The translations under genes were made by a program, and so were the position numbers. Positions 52,780-63,461 of a DNA stretch of 64,000 nt are shown here, piece by piece (positions within the stretch are counted from its first letter, which is position 1; each line of letters opens with the position of its first letter). The notes beneath the pieces are model-generated. The model had not been told where the DNA came from and ran no database searches. It was given only the letters and a program-made list of their open reading frames with translations. Origin of the DNA: Methanotrichaceae archaeon (lineage in GTDB: Archaea > Halobacteriota > Methanosarcinia > Methanotrichales > Methanotrichaceae); assembly GCA_963748825.1 (NCBI GenBank), contig CAVVKN010000010.1, positions 64,001 through 128,000 of the forward strand. Direction: 5' to 3'.

Positions 52780-53556
52780 CTATCTTGTCCAGACCGATCC
52801 GGCAAAGCCTCCTGTCTTGGAAATAGCCACCAGTTTGTTATTGGACTCTATCTGGAGGACCAGATTGCCGTTTTGCATAATGCTTCCCTTGGGAACGTCA
52901 CTCCAGTCTGCGTTGATCATATTGCCACTTCTGGTGCCGCGCATTACATTAGACCAGTTCGGTGTATTGGGATCCAGCTCGCCATACCACCAGACGGTTG
53001 TTCCCAGCTGGCGCACATAGTACTTGCCGCCGTCATCGCAGTTCCAGACACCGGTCAGATCTATCAGAGCCGGCACGCTGCCTGGTATCACTCCACCGGG
53101 AATTGCACCTCCAGGCGCTGTTCCTCCTGGTGCCTGGGCTTTCTGGAAGGTATAGCTGGACAGGTAATTGCTTCTGCCGCTATTATCCTTGAAGCGATCG
53201 TAGGAGTCTACGTTCAACTTATTGCCAGCAGGTTTTATGACCAGGGTAGTCTCCGAGAATCCGGCATCAAAAACGGCTATCAGGGTATCGGCACCACTGA
53301 GGATATCAGAAGAGACGCCGGAAGCAAAGGCTTGAGCCTGAACCGTCCCCCAATCGCAATCGGTAGGATGACACCTACCCCAGCCTTGCACCTGAGCGGA
53401 GGTGCCCATGACAGCGATGTCCAATTTGGTGATGCCGCTGGTATTAGGATCTACATTGTTCCAGGAACCGGCAAACTGGGCCATGCCGGCAAGACCGCCG
53501 GTGGCAGTCAATAAAAGCAGCAGGACTGCTGCCAGGCAAGAATACAATAATCTCAT
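52780..53556 (-). CDS. Secreted two-domain hypothetical protein
   Basis: Signal peptide; W.NVD.NT.GIT...WG.CHPTDCDWG domain, PGG linker, DLTGVWNCDDGGKYY domain. Confidence 0.8.
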   Translation of the reverse strand: MRLLYSCLAAVLLLLLTATGGLAGMAQFAGSWNNVDPNTSGITKLDIAVMGTSAQVQGWGRCHPTDCDWGTVQAQAFASGVSSDILSGADTLIAVFDAGFSETTLVIKPAGNKLNVDSYDRFKDNSGRSNYLSSYTFQKAQAPGGTAPGGAIPGGVIPGSVPALIDLTGVWNCDDGGKYYVRQLGTTVWWYGELDPNTPNWSNVMRGTRSGNMINADWSDVPKGSIMQNGNLVLQIESNNKLVAISKTGGFAGSVWTR

Positions 53557-53595
53557 ATTTTGACCTCGGGAATGTTTTTTAACATTTTTATCTCA

Positions 53596-54117
53596 TCAAT
53601 TGTTTCCAATCGTTCTTATCAGAGGAAGAACGTCCAGCTTATTGAATTTCTGCAGCGGTTTGACCTCGGCGATCATGCCGGTAACACCTATGGGAGAGGT
53701 TTTTTGGAATACATTGCTGGATGCATAGTTGCTTCTGCCGCTACTATCCTTGAAGCGGGTGTATGACTGCACAGACAGCCTATTGCCTTGGGGCTTGATG
53801 AAAAGGGTCGTCTCTGAGAATCCTGCATCGAATATTGCCATCAATGCTTGCGCCTGGCTGGCCAGATCTGAGGAGACATCCGGAGCAAAGGCAAAGGCCG
53901 AAACCGTCCCCCAGTCGCAGTCGGTGGGATGGCACTTGCCCCAGGCATGCACCTGAGCGGAGTCGCCGGAGATGCCGATATTTAATGTGGTTATTCCTCC
54001 CGTATTCGAGTCAACGTTGCTCCAATCGCCAGCAAACTGGGCCAAGCTGGCAGTACAGGTGGACAGCGAAATCAACAACAACAGACATGCTGTCGCCAAA
54101 GACAGGAAAATTTTCAT
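53596..54117 (-). CDS. Secreted hypothetical protein, paralog of the N-domain of 52780-53556
   Basis: Near-identical LAQFAG.W.NVD.NT.GIT / CHPTDCDWGTV / FDAGFSETTL.IKP.GN blocks. Confidence 0.8.
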   Translation of the reverse strand: MKIFLSLATACLLLLISLSTCTASLAQFAGDWSNVDSNTGGITTLNIGISGDSAQVHAWGKCHPTDCDWGTVSAFAFAPDVSSDLASQAQALMAIFDAGFSETTLFIKPQGNRLSVQSYTRFKDSSGRSNYASSNVFQKTSPIGVTGMIAEVKPLQKFNKLDVLPLIRTIGNN

Positions 54118-54212
54118 ATTCTAACCTCGACCTCAAAATCCTTAAACTCATTAAGTGCTTCTTAGTATAAATTTTTTTGGCAAATCTCAAGCGATTCTCT
54201 GGCTCGCTTTCG

Positions 54213-54253
54213 ATCCTTGATCCATCATCCTTGATCCTCCATCCTTGACCTTG
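54213..54253 (+). repeat. Heptamer tandem repeat, ATCCTTG-type x5-6
   Basis: atccttg atccatc atccttg atcctcc atccttg accttg. Confidence 0.8.
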
Positions 54254-54265
54254 TAACTTGCTCCT

Positions 54266-54766
54266 TTAGCGAAGAATGCTATGGCTCTTCAGCCCCAGGA
54301 TCTCATCGACCTTGACGCCCACCAACTTCCAGACGGAGCTTTTCTCCCCCTGCAGCAAGACTTCCACCGGCTCGTCCGGCGAATGGCCGAGAGCGGAGAG
54401 GACATTGGAGGAGAGAGCTTTGCTTTTTATCAGATGCACAAACATCTCTCGCACCGCCCTTTTTTGCCCGGCGTCCTCCACCTGCACCAGCCGCCCGGGC
54501 AGGGCCACAAAGCTGAAGGCGGAAAGATCAGGAGAATAGTGCTCTATCTCCACAGTCACGAAGGGATTATCCCTGAAGTACTGCACCTTTTTCCCGTAAT
54601 TGGTGGATAAGAAATACATGAACTTGCCATCAAACACATAAAGAAATGGGGCGATGTAGGGATGCGTCTCTCCTTTAAAAGCAATGCGGCAGACATATTG
54701 CTCCTCCACCAGCCGGTCGTACTCCGCCTTTCCCATGCGGGGCATCTTAAAGACATCTTCGGACAT
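54266..54766 (-). CDS. Pyridoxamine 5'-phosphate oxidase-like (NimA-type) FMN-binding protein
   Basis: VCRIAF...PYIAP..Y....MYF.S..GKK.....NP.V.VE. Confidence 0.85.
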   Translation of the reverse strand: MSEDVFKMPRMGKAEYDRLVEEQYVCRIAFKGETHPYIAPFLYVFDGKFMYFLSTNYGKKVQYFRDNPFVTVEIEHYSPDLSAFSFVALPGRLVQVEDAGQKRAVREMFVHLIKSKALSSNVLSALGHSPDEPVEVLLQGEKSSVWKLVGVKVDEILGLKSHSILR

Positions 54767-54955
54767 TGATTCCTCTCCGCGCCAGTGTTCGGCAACACAA
54801 GCTCATAGCTTATGCATCTTGGGCATGAAAAAGATTTCTAAGAGAAGCAAGTCATAAGGCCTAAGTATTTTAGCAGGAGGGCTTTGATCAAATGGGGGGT
54901 TACTTTCGCCCCGCTTGCATATTGGTTATAATCTTTAAGTTCACTGATAATCCCA

Positions 54956-56167
54956 ATGGTCACCCTGGAGAAGATCGCCCATCTGGCAGAGGAGTGCAGA
55001 TTCGACTCAATGGGCCCGGCTGCAAGCCCAGCCGTGCTGGGCGTGGACGCCGAGAAACTCAGCACCCTGGGAGAAGGCACGCGGCATGACGTCTGCACGT
55101 CCACCTTCTCCCCGCGCGAGACTCCCCTGCCAGGAATTTGCCACGCCTTCACCCAGGACGGCAGATGTGTCAGCCTCTTCAAAACCCTTTACACCAACCA
55201 CTGTACTCATCAGTGCAGCTACTGCACCAATTCCGTAAACTGCAGCAGCAAAGCCAAAGCCTTCTCCTATACCCCGGAAGAGCTGGCCAAGATCACGCTC
55301 TCCCTTTACCGCTCAAATTATATTGAAGGGCTCTTTCTCAGCTCCGGTGCGGGCCGAGATGAGGATCGCATCATGGAAAAGATGGTAGAGACCGCCAGGC
55401 TGCTTCGCCAAAAATTCGCTTTTTCCGGATACATTCATCTAAAGATTCTGCCCGGCTGCGCGCGGGCTCATATCCAGGAAGCCGTAGAGCTAGCGGATCG
55501 GGTCAGCATAAATTTAGAGGCGGCATCGGCCTCGCAAATGAATGAGATGTGCGCCACCAAGAATTACGAGAGCGATATCTTGCAAAGGCAGAGGTACATT
55601 CGCGATATTTTATCCGAGACTTCCAGTGCCAATCTGCCCGCCGGCCAGACCACGCAGCTTGTGGTAGGTGCAGCTGGAGAGAGCGATGAGGATATCTTCA
55701 AAAGAGTCCTATATGAGTACAAGGAAATTGGGGTGCGAAGGGCCTACTACAGCGCTTTTTCCCCTCAGCGGGGCACGCCCTTTGAGAATCGGAAGAGCCA
55801 GCCGTTGTGGCGAGAGCACCGCCTCTATCAGATGGACTGGCTCTTTCGGGTCTATCACTTCCAGCCCGGCGAGATCCGGAACGCCTTTAATGAGAATGGC
55901 TTTCTCTGCAATGCCGATCCCAAGATGGCCATCGCCAGAGAGTTTATGGACCTGCCCGTGGACCCAAATACGGCCGCATTCCAGGAACTGCTGAGAGTGC
56001 CGGGCATCGGGCCCAGAAGTGCGCAAAGAATTGTTGCTTTCCGCAAAAGGCAGCCGATTGCGGCTAAAGCAGAGCTGGCGGCAATGGGCGTTCGGATCAA
56101 AAAAGCCTCGCCCTTTCTGAAGATCAACGGCTGGAGAGACACAACTCTGGAGATGTGGCAGGCTTGA
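54956..56167 (+). CDS. Putative DNA modification/repair radical SAM protein (TIGR03916-like) with HhH
   Basis: GICHAFTQDGRCVSLFK, CTHQCSYC, YIEGLFLSSG, REHRLYQ.DWL, LLRVPGIG. Confidence 0.92.
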   Translation: MVTLEKIAHLAEECRFDSMGPAASPAVLGVDAEKLSTLGEGTRHDVCTSTFSPRETPLPGICHAFTQDGRCVSLFKTLYTNHCTHQCSYCTNSVNCSSKAKAFSYTPEELAKITLSLYRSNYIEGLFLSSGAGRDEDRIMEKMVETARLLRQKFAFSGYIHLKILPGCARAHIQEAVELADRVSINLEAASASQMNEMCATKNYESDILQRQRYIRDILSETSSANLPAGQTTQLVVGAAGESDEDIFKRVLYEYKEIGVRRAYYSAFSPQRGTPFENRKSQPLWREHRLYQMDWLFRVYHFQPGEIRNAFNENGFLCNADPKMAIAREFMDLPVDPNTAAFQELLRVPGIGPRSAQRIVAFRKRQPIAAKAELAAMGVRIKKASPFLKINGWRDTTLEMWQA

Positions 56168-56763
56168 AGATTCCGGAAGACTTCATCTACTACCTCTCCC
56201 TGCATGAGGACTGCAATGAGCGGCTTCTTGCCAGAGCAGAAGATCTCACGGCAGGGGACGTGGAAGTCTCCCAACATCTCGAAGTTGCCCGCATAAAAAA
56301 GATGGTCCATGCCGTTATGGGCGAGGTGCACAGGATGAAGGCATTTGTGAGGCTCTCTTTTCTTGGCACCTCTGTCCTTTACGGCTTTTTCAAGCCCAGG
56401 CACAAAATAGGAGAGCATATCTGCGATCACTTCGCCCGCAGGAATGCCGGGATAATAGTAGTGCTGGGAAACGGCAGGGAGAGCTGGATCTCGCTTTGCC
56501 GGGAAGGGAGGATCTGGCAGGACCATTGTCAGGGTCTGTCTGAAACCCTGGAGAGGCTGAAGTCGGCCCTGCATTGTAGCGAGGATGGATCCAATGTGGA
56601 AGGCCTCTGGCAAGTCTACTATGACAGCCAATACTGTCCGGAAAGGAAGAATCTGGTGGCATTTCGACGGTACATGCCCAGAAGATATCAGGAGGCGGCG
56701 GGTATTCGGCTTGTCCAAAATAAGAAAAATGCAACCCTCGGAGAATTTCTGGGCGATGGTTGA
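56155..56763 (+). CDS. DUF4130 (TIGR03915-like) protein
   Basis: EVHRMKAFVR, P.H, HFARR, LWQVYY, MPRRY; overlaps the radical SAM stop. Confidence 0.85.
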   Translation: MAGLKIPEDFIYYLSLHEDCNERLLARAEDLTAGDVEVSQHLEVARIKKMVHAVMGEVHRMKAFVRLSFLGTSVLYGFFKPRHKIGEHICDHFARRNAGIIVVLGNGRESWISLCREGRIWQDHCQGLSETLERLKSALHCSEDGSNVEGLWQVYYDSQYCPERKNLVAFRRYMPRRYQEAAGIRLVQNKKNATLGEFLGDG

Positions 56764-57127
56764 TCGCGAAGGGAAAGGCCGCACAGGGTTGTACCCTTTG
56801 TAGTCTGTTTGCAGACTGAATTGCTTGCCACCAGGTGATGAAGAAATGAGAAGGATTAACAGGAGGATTGCTGGTCTAGATACCGGCATAGACATAGCTA
56901 TGCTCCGTTTTGAGCAATATCGTTTAAATCAAAAATATTAACGTAGTTCTCTTCAGAGATTGCTAATGCAAAGATATTCGAAATCCTCAATGACGATCTC
57001 GTCGTAACGACGCAGCCAATCTATCCATGACTGAAAAATCGTGGCCCAATTGGAAAGGCTCTGCGAATGCAGGGACCAAGTTATTTATTCCCGGACATTA
57101 AAATACTGATGTTGGAGTGGATACAAA

Positions 57128-57388
57128 GTGAAAAAGTGTATTGCTGCATTATGCTTTTGCATCGCTCTGTTGACCATGCAAGGTGCCGCTTATCCTGCGC
57201 CGATTCATATCGGCCATGGCCTTATCGGGAACCTAAATCCTCATGAAACAGGTGCTATCGTTTTGAGTTCTTATTTCGATCCAAATCAGGGAACCTATAA
57301 CAACTATTGGAGCTTTGAATCTCGGATATTTGACTACTGGCGATTTATGCCTTCTGGATTCTGGTATGTGGATAAAATAAAAGTATAA
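57128..57388 (+). CDS. Small secreted hypothetical protein
   Basis: Signal peptide MKKCIAALCFCIALL; GGAG RBS. Confidence 0.65.
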   Translation: MKKCIAALCFCIALLTMQGAAYPAPIHIGHGLIGNLNPHETGAIVLSSYFDPNQGTYNNYWSFESRIFDYWRFMPSGFWYVDKIKV

Positions 57389-57477
57389 ATAATAAAATTT
57401 GATATAAATATTAATAATAGATTCCTGCAAACATATCTCCGAAACCTCTTTATATTCTTCAAGACAACTTACTGCTC

Positions 57478-58053
57478 ATGAAAAATCGCTTCTCCCTTCT
57501 TCTCATTTCCCTCCTCTTGCTCCTGGCGGGCCAGGCCGGTGCATCCTACTGGTTTCAGGTGATCAATGTCACGCCCATTGAGATGACGCCAAGCAGCGAA
57601 GCCAACTTCACCGTCTCTGTCAAGGGCCTGGGCAGCGAGAGAGCCTATGTAGAGTTGGTCTTCAAGAATAAAACCGAGGGACTGGATTTCACCTGCCCGA
57701 AGATGATCAAGAACGTCTATCCTACAGGCGTGACAAAATACAACTGCACCGTAAAGGCAGCAGATGTGTCACCAGGCAACTACTCTTTCGTGGTGGATGT
57801 CGCCGCCAAGGGATCGCCCTCCGGCAAGAAGACCGCCTTCATTAATGTGGTAGCGGCAAAGAGCGATGCGGCAATTGAGCCTGAGAAGCAGCCGATGCTA
57901 ACAGGGCCGGTGCTGCAAGCATATAATGCATCCAAGGCCGAACAAACCAATCAGACCCCGGCAAATGAGACCCAGGCACAGAAGACTCCTGCCCCCGGGG
58001 CAGCGGTGGCAATTCTTGCAACGCTTGTTGCCATGCGGAGGATGAAGAGCTAG
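57478..58053 (+). CDS. Secreted protein with PGF-CTERM-like sorting signal
   Basis: Signal peptide, Ig-like core, T/Q-rich linker, tail KTPAPG + hydrophobic helix + RRMKS. Confidence 0.8.
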   Translation: MKNRFSLLLISLLLLLAGQAGASYWFQVINVTPIEMTPSSEANFTVSVKGLGSERAYVELVFKNKTEGLDFTCPKMIKNVYPTGVTKYNCTVKAADVSPGNYSFVVDVAAKGSPSGKKTAFINVVAAKSDAAIEPEKQPMLTGPVLQAYNASKAEQTNQTPANETQAQKTPAPGAAVAILATLVAMRRMKS

Positions 58054-58149
58054 AAGCAAAATGTATTTTTTCCAAATAATCTGCACAAAATTTTCTTGCC
58101 GTCTTGCCAAATAATAGTCCCGGAACAGATGGGAACTAAGCATCAAGAA

Positions 58150-59435
58150 TGGAACACCAGCTTAGGGACGAGATAGCGATATTAAAAGGAGAAAAAGCGA
58201 AAACCAAAATACGTGCCAAATGTCCCAGCGAGAGAACCACCCGTCCCGAAGCCCAAATCCAAAGTATGGTCGAAGGATTCTAAGAAAGACAAAGTAAAAG
58301 TAGACAGACAAGTTACTGTTTCTGTGAAAGGCACATTACCATCCGATGCCCGATTTATAGGCTATCGAAAGGTAGTAATCCAAGACGTAATTCTGAAAAC
58401 AGATAATGTCGAGTACCTGTTGGAGAGACATTATTCTCCCTCACTGAAGAAATACTATGATGCAAAGCTCCCTGAAGAAGTCAGAGGGTCGCAGTTTGGA
58501 GCTAATCTCAAGGCACTTACGGCAATTCTATACATCTCGTGCCGGGTAACTGAGAACAAAATGTGCCAGCTATATAAAGACATAGGCATATCAATATCTG
58601 AAGGCCAAATCTCTAATATCATTACCAAAGAAAAGCACTTTGAACTTGCTCAGGAAAAGCAAGCTATATTTGAGGCAGGAATGAAGCATGCTAAGTTCAT
58701 CCAGACAGATGAAACCGGAGCAAGACACCAAGGAAAGAACCAATATGCACATGTGGTGTGCAATCCATACTTCACTTGTTATTTTATACGGCCAGATAAG
58801 AAAAGAGATACCTTGAAAGCCATTTTTGGTCTTGGTAAAGATGAGCGTTTGAATATTCCTTTGATAACTGATGATGCAAAACAGTATTATAACTTGTCTA
58901 TAATATGTTGTCTATGTTGGATTCACGAAATCCGCCATTACAAGAAGTTGAATCCGTATTTAGGATATTATAAACAGATACTTGATTCATTCCTACGTGA
59001 ACTTTTCGAGCTTTATCGAATTATTCAACTATTTAAAATTTATCCAAATTACATTCTCAAAGAGTATATTCTATCGAGATTCGAGGCCCTCATCTTCAAG
59101 TCTTATGGTTATAACGAACTTGATCTGAGATTAACCGCAACTTGGGGAAATCGAGATCGATTGTTTCAGGTTCTGGATTATCCATATATTCCGCTCCATA
59201 ATAACGAGTCTGAAATAGCAGCTCGCGAACCTGTTGTTAAGAGAAAGATCAGCTACGGAACAAGATCAGAATTGGGCAAGTGCGCATGGGAAAACGGTTT
59301 ATCTATTAAGGATACGTGCAGAAAACTTGGGGTGAGCTTTTTCAATAATGCACGATATTTATGCAAAATCATTTGCCATGCCGAGGCTAGCTGAGATACT
59401 GACTATTCCCAATCATAGTATTGAGCATGTTAAGC
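58150..59435 (+). mobile_element. IS66-family transposase remnant (5'-truncated, frameshifts near 58200 and 59347)
   Basis: QLRDEIAILKGEK, QTDETG, ITDDAKQY, LCWIHEIRHYKKL, PLHNNESE, KRKISYGTRS, TCRKLGVSF; AT-rich; ends not confidently located. Confidence 0.85.
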
Positions 59436-60077
59436 ATAATTTTGACAGCAGTCTGCTTGCCGTTGACAATGGCAGAGTCGCCGTCATCCTGCAATGCCAC
59501 TTATTCTTCATCCCCAAGAATCCTTGGCTTTGATTTTTCGCCCAAAGAGTTGATCCTGGATACGGATAATGCATCCTTGCTGATTGCCCTTCAGACTCAT
59601 ATTGCCGATGATAACGGCGATATAGATTCGATTGAGGCGGTCTTTCTCAGTCCCTCTCAAAACCAATCCATAGCGGCCTTCATGAATTCCACAAATCTGT
59701 TCTCGGGAGACGCTAAGAATGGCAACTATACTATTAACATGTCCTTTTCCCCCTCCGGCGAAGTGGGAATTTGGATTCTTGAGCATCTGATTGTCTGTGA
59801 TAAGCAGGGAGATTGCAGGAAAATTGATGGAGCTGGAGCAGAGACGCTTGGCTTTCCGGCAAAGCTGCTTATCCTCAAGAATGCTCAAAATAGCTGCATA
59901 ATGCCACGGTCAAATTCTTCCGCTCTGCAGAGATCAAGTGAGGTTCCCGCACGGCAAAATTTAGATCTTGACCCGAATGAGCTTCGTGGCTGGGCCGATA
60001 CAGACAAAAGGTTCGCTGCCCAAAGAAAGATCATCATCAACAGCGTCTTCAACCGGCCCGCCATCTGCTGGCCTTAA
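59427..60077 (+). CDS. Secreted hypothetical protein
   Basis: Hydrophobic N-terminus, beta-rich core (G.W.L..L.V.D..G); abuts the IS66 remnant. Confidence 0.6.
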   Translation: MLSIILTAVCLPLTMAESPSSCNATYSSSPRILGFDFSPKELILDTDNASLLIALQTHIADDNGDIDSIEAVFLSPSQNQSIAAFMNSTNLFSGDAKNGNYTINMSFSPSGEVGIWILEHLIVCDKQGDCRKIDGAGAETLGFPAKLLILKNAQNSCIMPRSNSSALQRSSEVPARQNLDLDPNELRGWADTDKRFAAQRKIIINSVFNRPAICWP

Positions 60078-60145
60078 TATAGGTCCTAAATCGATCAGAA
60101 TAAGATCAAGAGTAAATCAAAATCGAAAAAAAAGGAATGCCTATT

Positions 60146-60661
60146 TTAGACCTCTGCCCCATCCCCGCTCATGCCAAAGAGTTCGTGCTTTGCTGTGACG
60201 TAGAGATGGCGGCTCTTATCCGGATTTCCGCTCATGCCCACCACCTGGCCGATGAACATAGTATGATCTCCGGTCACAATCTGATCCACCACCTTGCATT
60301 CAAAGGCCACGGTCACGCCATCGATTGTGGGTGCCTTAACCGCCACAGAGTCCACCAACTTGAGGCCGGCCAGCTTTATCTTATCGCCATCGCGTCCCGA
60401 TTTCGTGCCGCAGATCCAGGCCGCCTCTGCCTGGTCCTCGCTGGGGTAATTGAGAACGAATTCCTTATTGTTCAAAATGCCTTCATGAGAGTACCTTCTC
60501 TTGTCAACTGAGATCATTATCAGAAACGGGTCAAAGGACGTTCTGGTGACCCAGGCGATGCCCATGGCATTGGGCCGTCCTTTCATATCCAGAGATGTCA
60601 CCAGGGCGTAGGGAAATGGGGCAGAGAGTGCTGTGGCTTCGGAATCGTTCAAGACTTTCAT
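60146..60661 (-). CDS. Flavin reductase-family (flavoredoxin-like) protein
   Basis: NAMGIAW, EFVLN, CGTKSGRDGDK, ECKV, GDHTMFIG. Confidence 0.92.
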   Translation of the reverse strand: MKVLNDSEATALSAPFPYALVTSLDMKGRPNAMGIAWVTRTSFDPFLIMISVDKRRYSHEGILNNKEFVLNYPSEDQAEAAWICGTKSGRDGDKIKLAGLKLVDSVAVKAPTIDGVTVAFECKVVDQIVTGDHTMFIGQVVGMSGNPDKSRHLYVTAKHELFGMSGDGAEV

Positions 60662-60852
60662 TTAAAACACCTTGCAGTTATTTAGTTAAGAATCGCTTTA
60701 ATCCTACAGATAGTTTTCCCCATGATCCAGAATGCTTGAGATAAGAAAGAACCAACTTCTGAAGTAAAATCACTATTACAGTTACTATCTCATTTTGCCC
60801 CAAAAATGATAATATAAATGCTACTGCATGCGTGGTGGCTACCTGGATTGAA

Positions 60853-61782
60853 TTATCCCTCGTCTTCCATCTCCCAGCCCAGTCGCTCCCTGATGATCAG
60901 GTAGCTCATCTCCGGCGGTATGGCTCCCACCTCGGTGCAGATCAGGTCGATGTACTGGTGAGGCGTGACATCAAAGGCCGGATTTCTCACCCGAACATGG
61001 CTGTATTTGGAAATGTCGGGCAAGACCTCCCCGGCTTCGCGCTCCTCGATGGTGACCAGTTCTCCAAGCATCGTTTGGGGGCTGAACTTGTAGGTCTCGG
61101 CCGCCACCACGAAGCTGGTCCTGGCCTCATGGGCAGAGAGGGCGATCTGGGCTGTGCCGATCTTGTTCACGAGAGTTCCGTTGGCCGTTATCACGTCTGC
61201 TCCCACTACCACCAGATCTACCTCATTCATGACGCTTCTGGCCGCCGAGTCGACAATCAGCTCTGTCTCGATCCCCAAGCGGTCCAGCATGCCGATGGTG
61301 GTGATGCCCTGAAACCTGGGTCGCGACTCGGTGGCTATCACCTTGATCTTCTTTCCCGATTTATGGGCTGTACTGATGACGGAGAGCGCAGCCAGAGAAT
61401 TGCAGTGGGTAAGCACGGTATCGCCATCCTTAATCCTGCGGCTGCCGATCCGGCCGATTCTCTCCAGAGCCTTTTCTGAATTCTCGATGAAGCGATTAGC
61501 GTTAAGAACCACAGCTAAGCGAGCCGACGGCAGGTCATCTGCCCTGTACTTCATCACCATGCGTATGGCGTTAGAGAGGGAGACCGCCGTGGGCCTGGTC
61601 TTGAGAAGGATGTCGGCAGCCTTCTCCATCTGCAGATTAAAATCTTCAAGGTTTTGCGTTTGCATAGCCCTAGAGAAGTCGCGCAGAGATGCTGCTGCGG
61701 CTGTGGCAATTCGGCCAGCTCCTCGGATCTCCATGCTACGAATCTTTTCAGAAGTTTCCAATACCTGGTCCATCGGTTTCAT
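60853..61782 (-). CDS. Ribose-1,5-bisphosphate isomerase (eIF-2B-like)
   Basis: MEIRGAG, TRPTAVSL, THCNS, ESRP, VGAD, NKIGT, NPAFDVTP. Confidence 0.93.
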   Translation of the reverse strand: MKPMDQVLETSEKIRSMEIRGAGRIATAAAASLRDFSRAMQTQNLEDFNLQMEKAADILLKTRPTAVSLSNAIRMVMKYRADDLPSARLAVVLNANRFIENSEKALERIGRIGSRRIKDGDTVLTHCNSLAALSVISTAHKSGKKIKVIATESRPRFQGITTIGMLDRLGIETELIVDSAARSVMNEVDLVVVGADVITANGTLVNKIGTAQIALSAHEARTSFVVAAETYKFSPQTMLGELVTIEEREAGEVLPDISKYSHVRVRNPAFDVTPHQYIDLICTEVGAIPPEMSYLIIRERLGWEMEDEG

Positions 61783-61902
61783 CTGATCTTCATTGAACTG
61801 GATTAGGATAAATTCATTTCCTATGGGAATAAAATCGCGTGGTGGAAAAAAGTTAAGCCAAAATTTTCTTCCAATAACATCAAAAAATTATTAATAGAAT
61901 GG

Positions 61903-62487
61903 ATGCATCTATTTACAGGGAGTAGTAAGTTGATGGAAGAGAACGATCAGGAGTTTTTGCGCGCGCTTCATGAAGAGAAAATAAGAACGCAAAACGAGCG
62001 CACACAGCTCGTCACTATGAAACTGGCCTTTATTACCGTCCTCTTCGGGCTCAGCTCCGTGAACGTAGGAATCGATATCTCTGACATATTCTGGCTCCTT
62101 TACTTTGTTCCACTCGTAGCCATAAGCTACGATCTCTACATTATGTCTGCCGACTCTCGGATCAAGCGCGTAGGAATCTTTCTAGGCAGAAATCCGATCT
62201 CTTTGGCCGGCAAGGCGGAAAGGGAATGGGAACGCTTTTGCGCCTCTTATCGGGATGGTATGGCACCTTCTGCCAATTTGTTCTTCTCAACCATTGTAAC
62301 CTTAGGCGCCGCGGCCTTTATCCACTCCCAAGGAAGCTGGTGTGTGAGATTTATGCGGCTTTGGTTTGCCGTCTGGCTGGTCGTCTCTCTGACGGCCATT
62401 ATCGTCCTGTGGATAAGGCATCAGATGCTCATTAAGAATATCGGCGACTACAAGCCTTTTGAAAGAGAGAGACGAGCAGGCCAATGA
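61903..62487 (+). CDS. Hypothetical membrane protein (~4 TM)
   Basis: Four hydrophobic segments; start may be ATG 61933. Confidence 0.7.
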   Translation: MHLFTGSSKLMEENDQEFLRALHEEKIRTQNERTQLVTMKLAFITVLFGLSSVNVGIDISDIFWLLYFVPLVAISYDLYIMSADSRIKRVGIFLGRNPISLAGKAEREWERFCASYRDGMAPSANLFFSTIVTLGAAAFIHSQGSWCVRFMRLWFAVWLVVSLTAIIVLWIRHQMLIKNIGDYKPFERERRAGQ

Positions 62488-62627
62488 ACTGATGTGTTCT
62501 TTTTTTCGCTTCTTTTTCAAATCAAGGAAACCTTAATTAAAGCCTATGATCAAGATGATGAGATACAATTTCCGCAGTCGAACGCAAAATCGCAAAAATT
62601 CAATATTCAAGATTGGTGGAATTTCTA

Positions 62628-63461
62628 ATGACGATAACGGAAAAAGAGATCAAGAGAGCTGTAAAAGAAGGTTATGCCCGAATTGCAAAGCAGGCTACGT
62701 CTTATTATTCGTCCCGAAGCTGCTGTGGCTGCGACGATATTCCTGAAGAGATAAGCAAGAGGATGGGCTATTCTGATGAGGAGATCTCGGCCGCTCCCCC
62801 GGAATCGAACATGGGACTTGGCTGCGGCAATCCCGTTGCCCTGGCATCCTTGATAGAGGGAGAGGTCGTTTTAGACATGGGCGCAGGAGCGGGATTTGAT
62901 TGCTTCCTGGCCTCCTCTCGGGTGGGTGCATCGGGAATGGTCATCGGCGTGGATATCACATCGGAAATGGTCGATCGCGCCAGGGCAAACGCCCGCAAAG
63001 GCGGATATACCAATATTGATTTTCGGCAAGGGGACCTGGAGAACATGCCCGTGGCGGACAGGTATGTGGATGTGGTCATCTCCAATTGCGTCATCAATCT
63101 CGTTCCCAACAAGAATATGGTCTTCAGAGAGGCCTTCCGGGTGCTCAAGCCCGGTGGAAGGCTGGCGGTCTCGGATGTGGTATTGACCAAAGAGCTGCCC
63201 GAGTTCGTGAAGAGGTCCAGCAAAGCCTACATCGGCTGCCTGGCCGGGGCTATTATGAAGGACGAATATCTGAAGATCATAAAAAGTGTGGGCTTTTCCG
63301 AGATTAATGTGGTGGCCGAGTCGAGCTTTCCCGTAGAATCGCTCCTCTGTGAGACAGCCGGATCGGCAGTGATTGAGATGCCCAGTATCTCCGCAGAGCA
63401 GCAAAAGGAAGTGGCTGATTCGGTCTTGAGCATAAAGGTCAATGCCATCAAGCCCAAGTAG
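62628..63461 (+). CDS. arsM: Arsenite S-adenosylmethyltransferase
   Basis: SCCG, GLGCGNP, VLDMGAGAGFD, ISNCVINL, GCLAGA. Confidence 0.93.
   Translation: MTITEKEIKRAVKEGYARIAKQATSYYSSRSCCGCDDIPEEISKRMGYSDEEISAAPPESNMGLGCGNPVALASLIEGEVVLDMGAGAGFDCFLASSRVGASGMVIGVDITSEMVDRARANARKGGYTNIDFRQGDLENMPVADRYVDVVISNCVINLVPNKNMVFREAFRVLKPGGRLAVSDVVLTKELPEFVKRSSKAYIGCLAGAIMKDEYLKIIKSVGFSEINVVAESSFPVESLLCETAGSAVIEMPSISAEQQKEVADSVLSIKVNAIKPK

Noticed and set aside
59418-59435. TATTGAGCATGTTAA as the IS66 right TIR
   Set aside because: Does not end in TTAC and no matching left end or target duplication was found
62628-63461. Functional link between arsM and the GCS2 operon
   Set aside because: 10 kb apart with unrelated genes between; no sequence evidence
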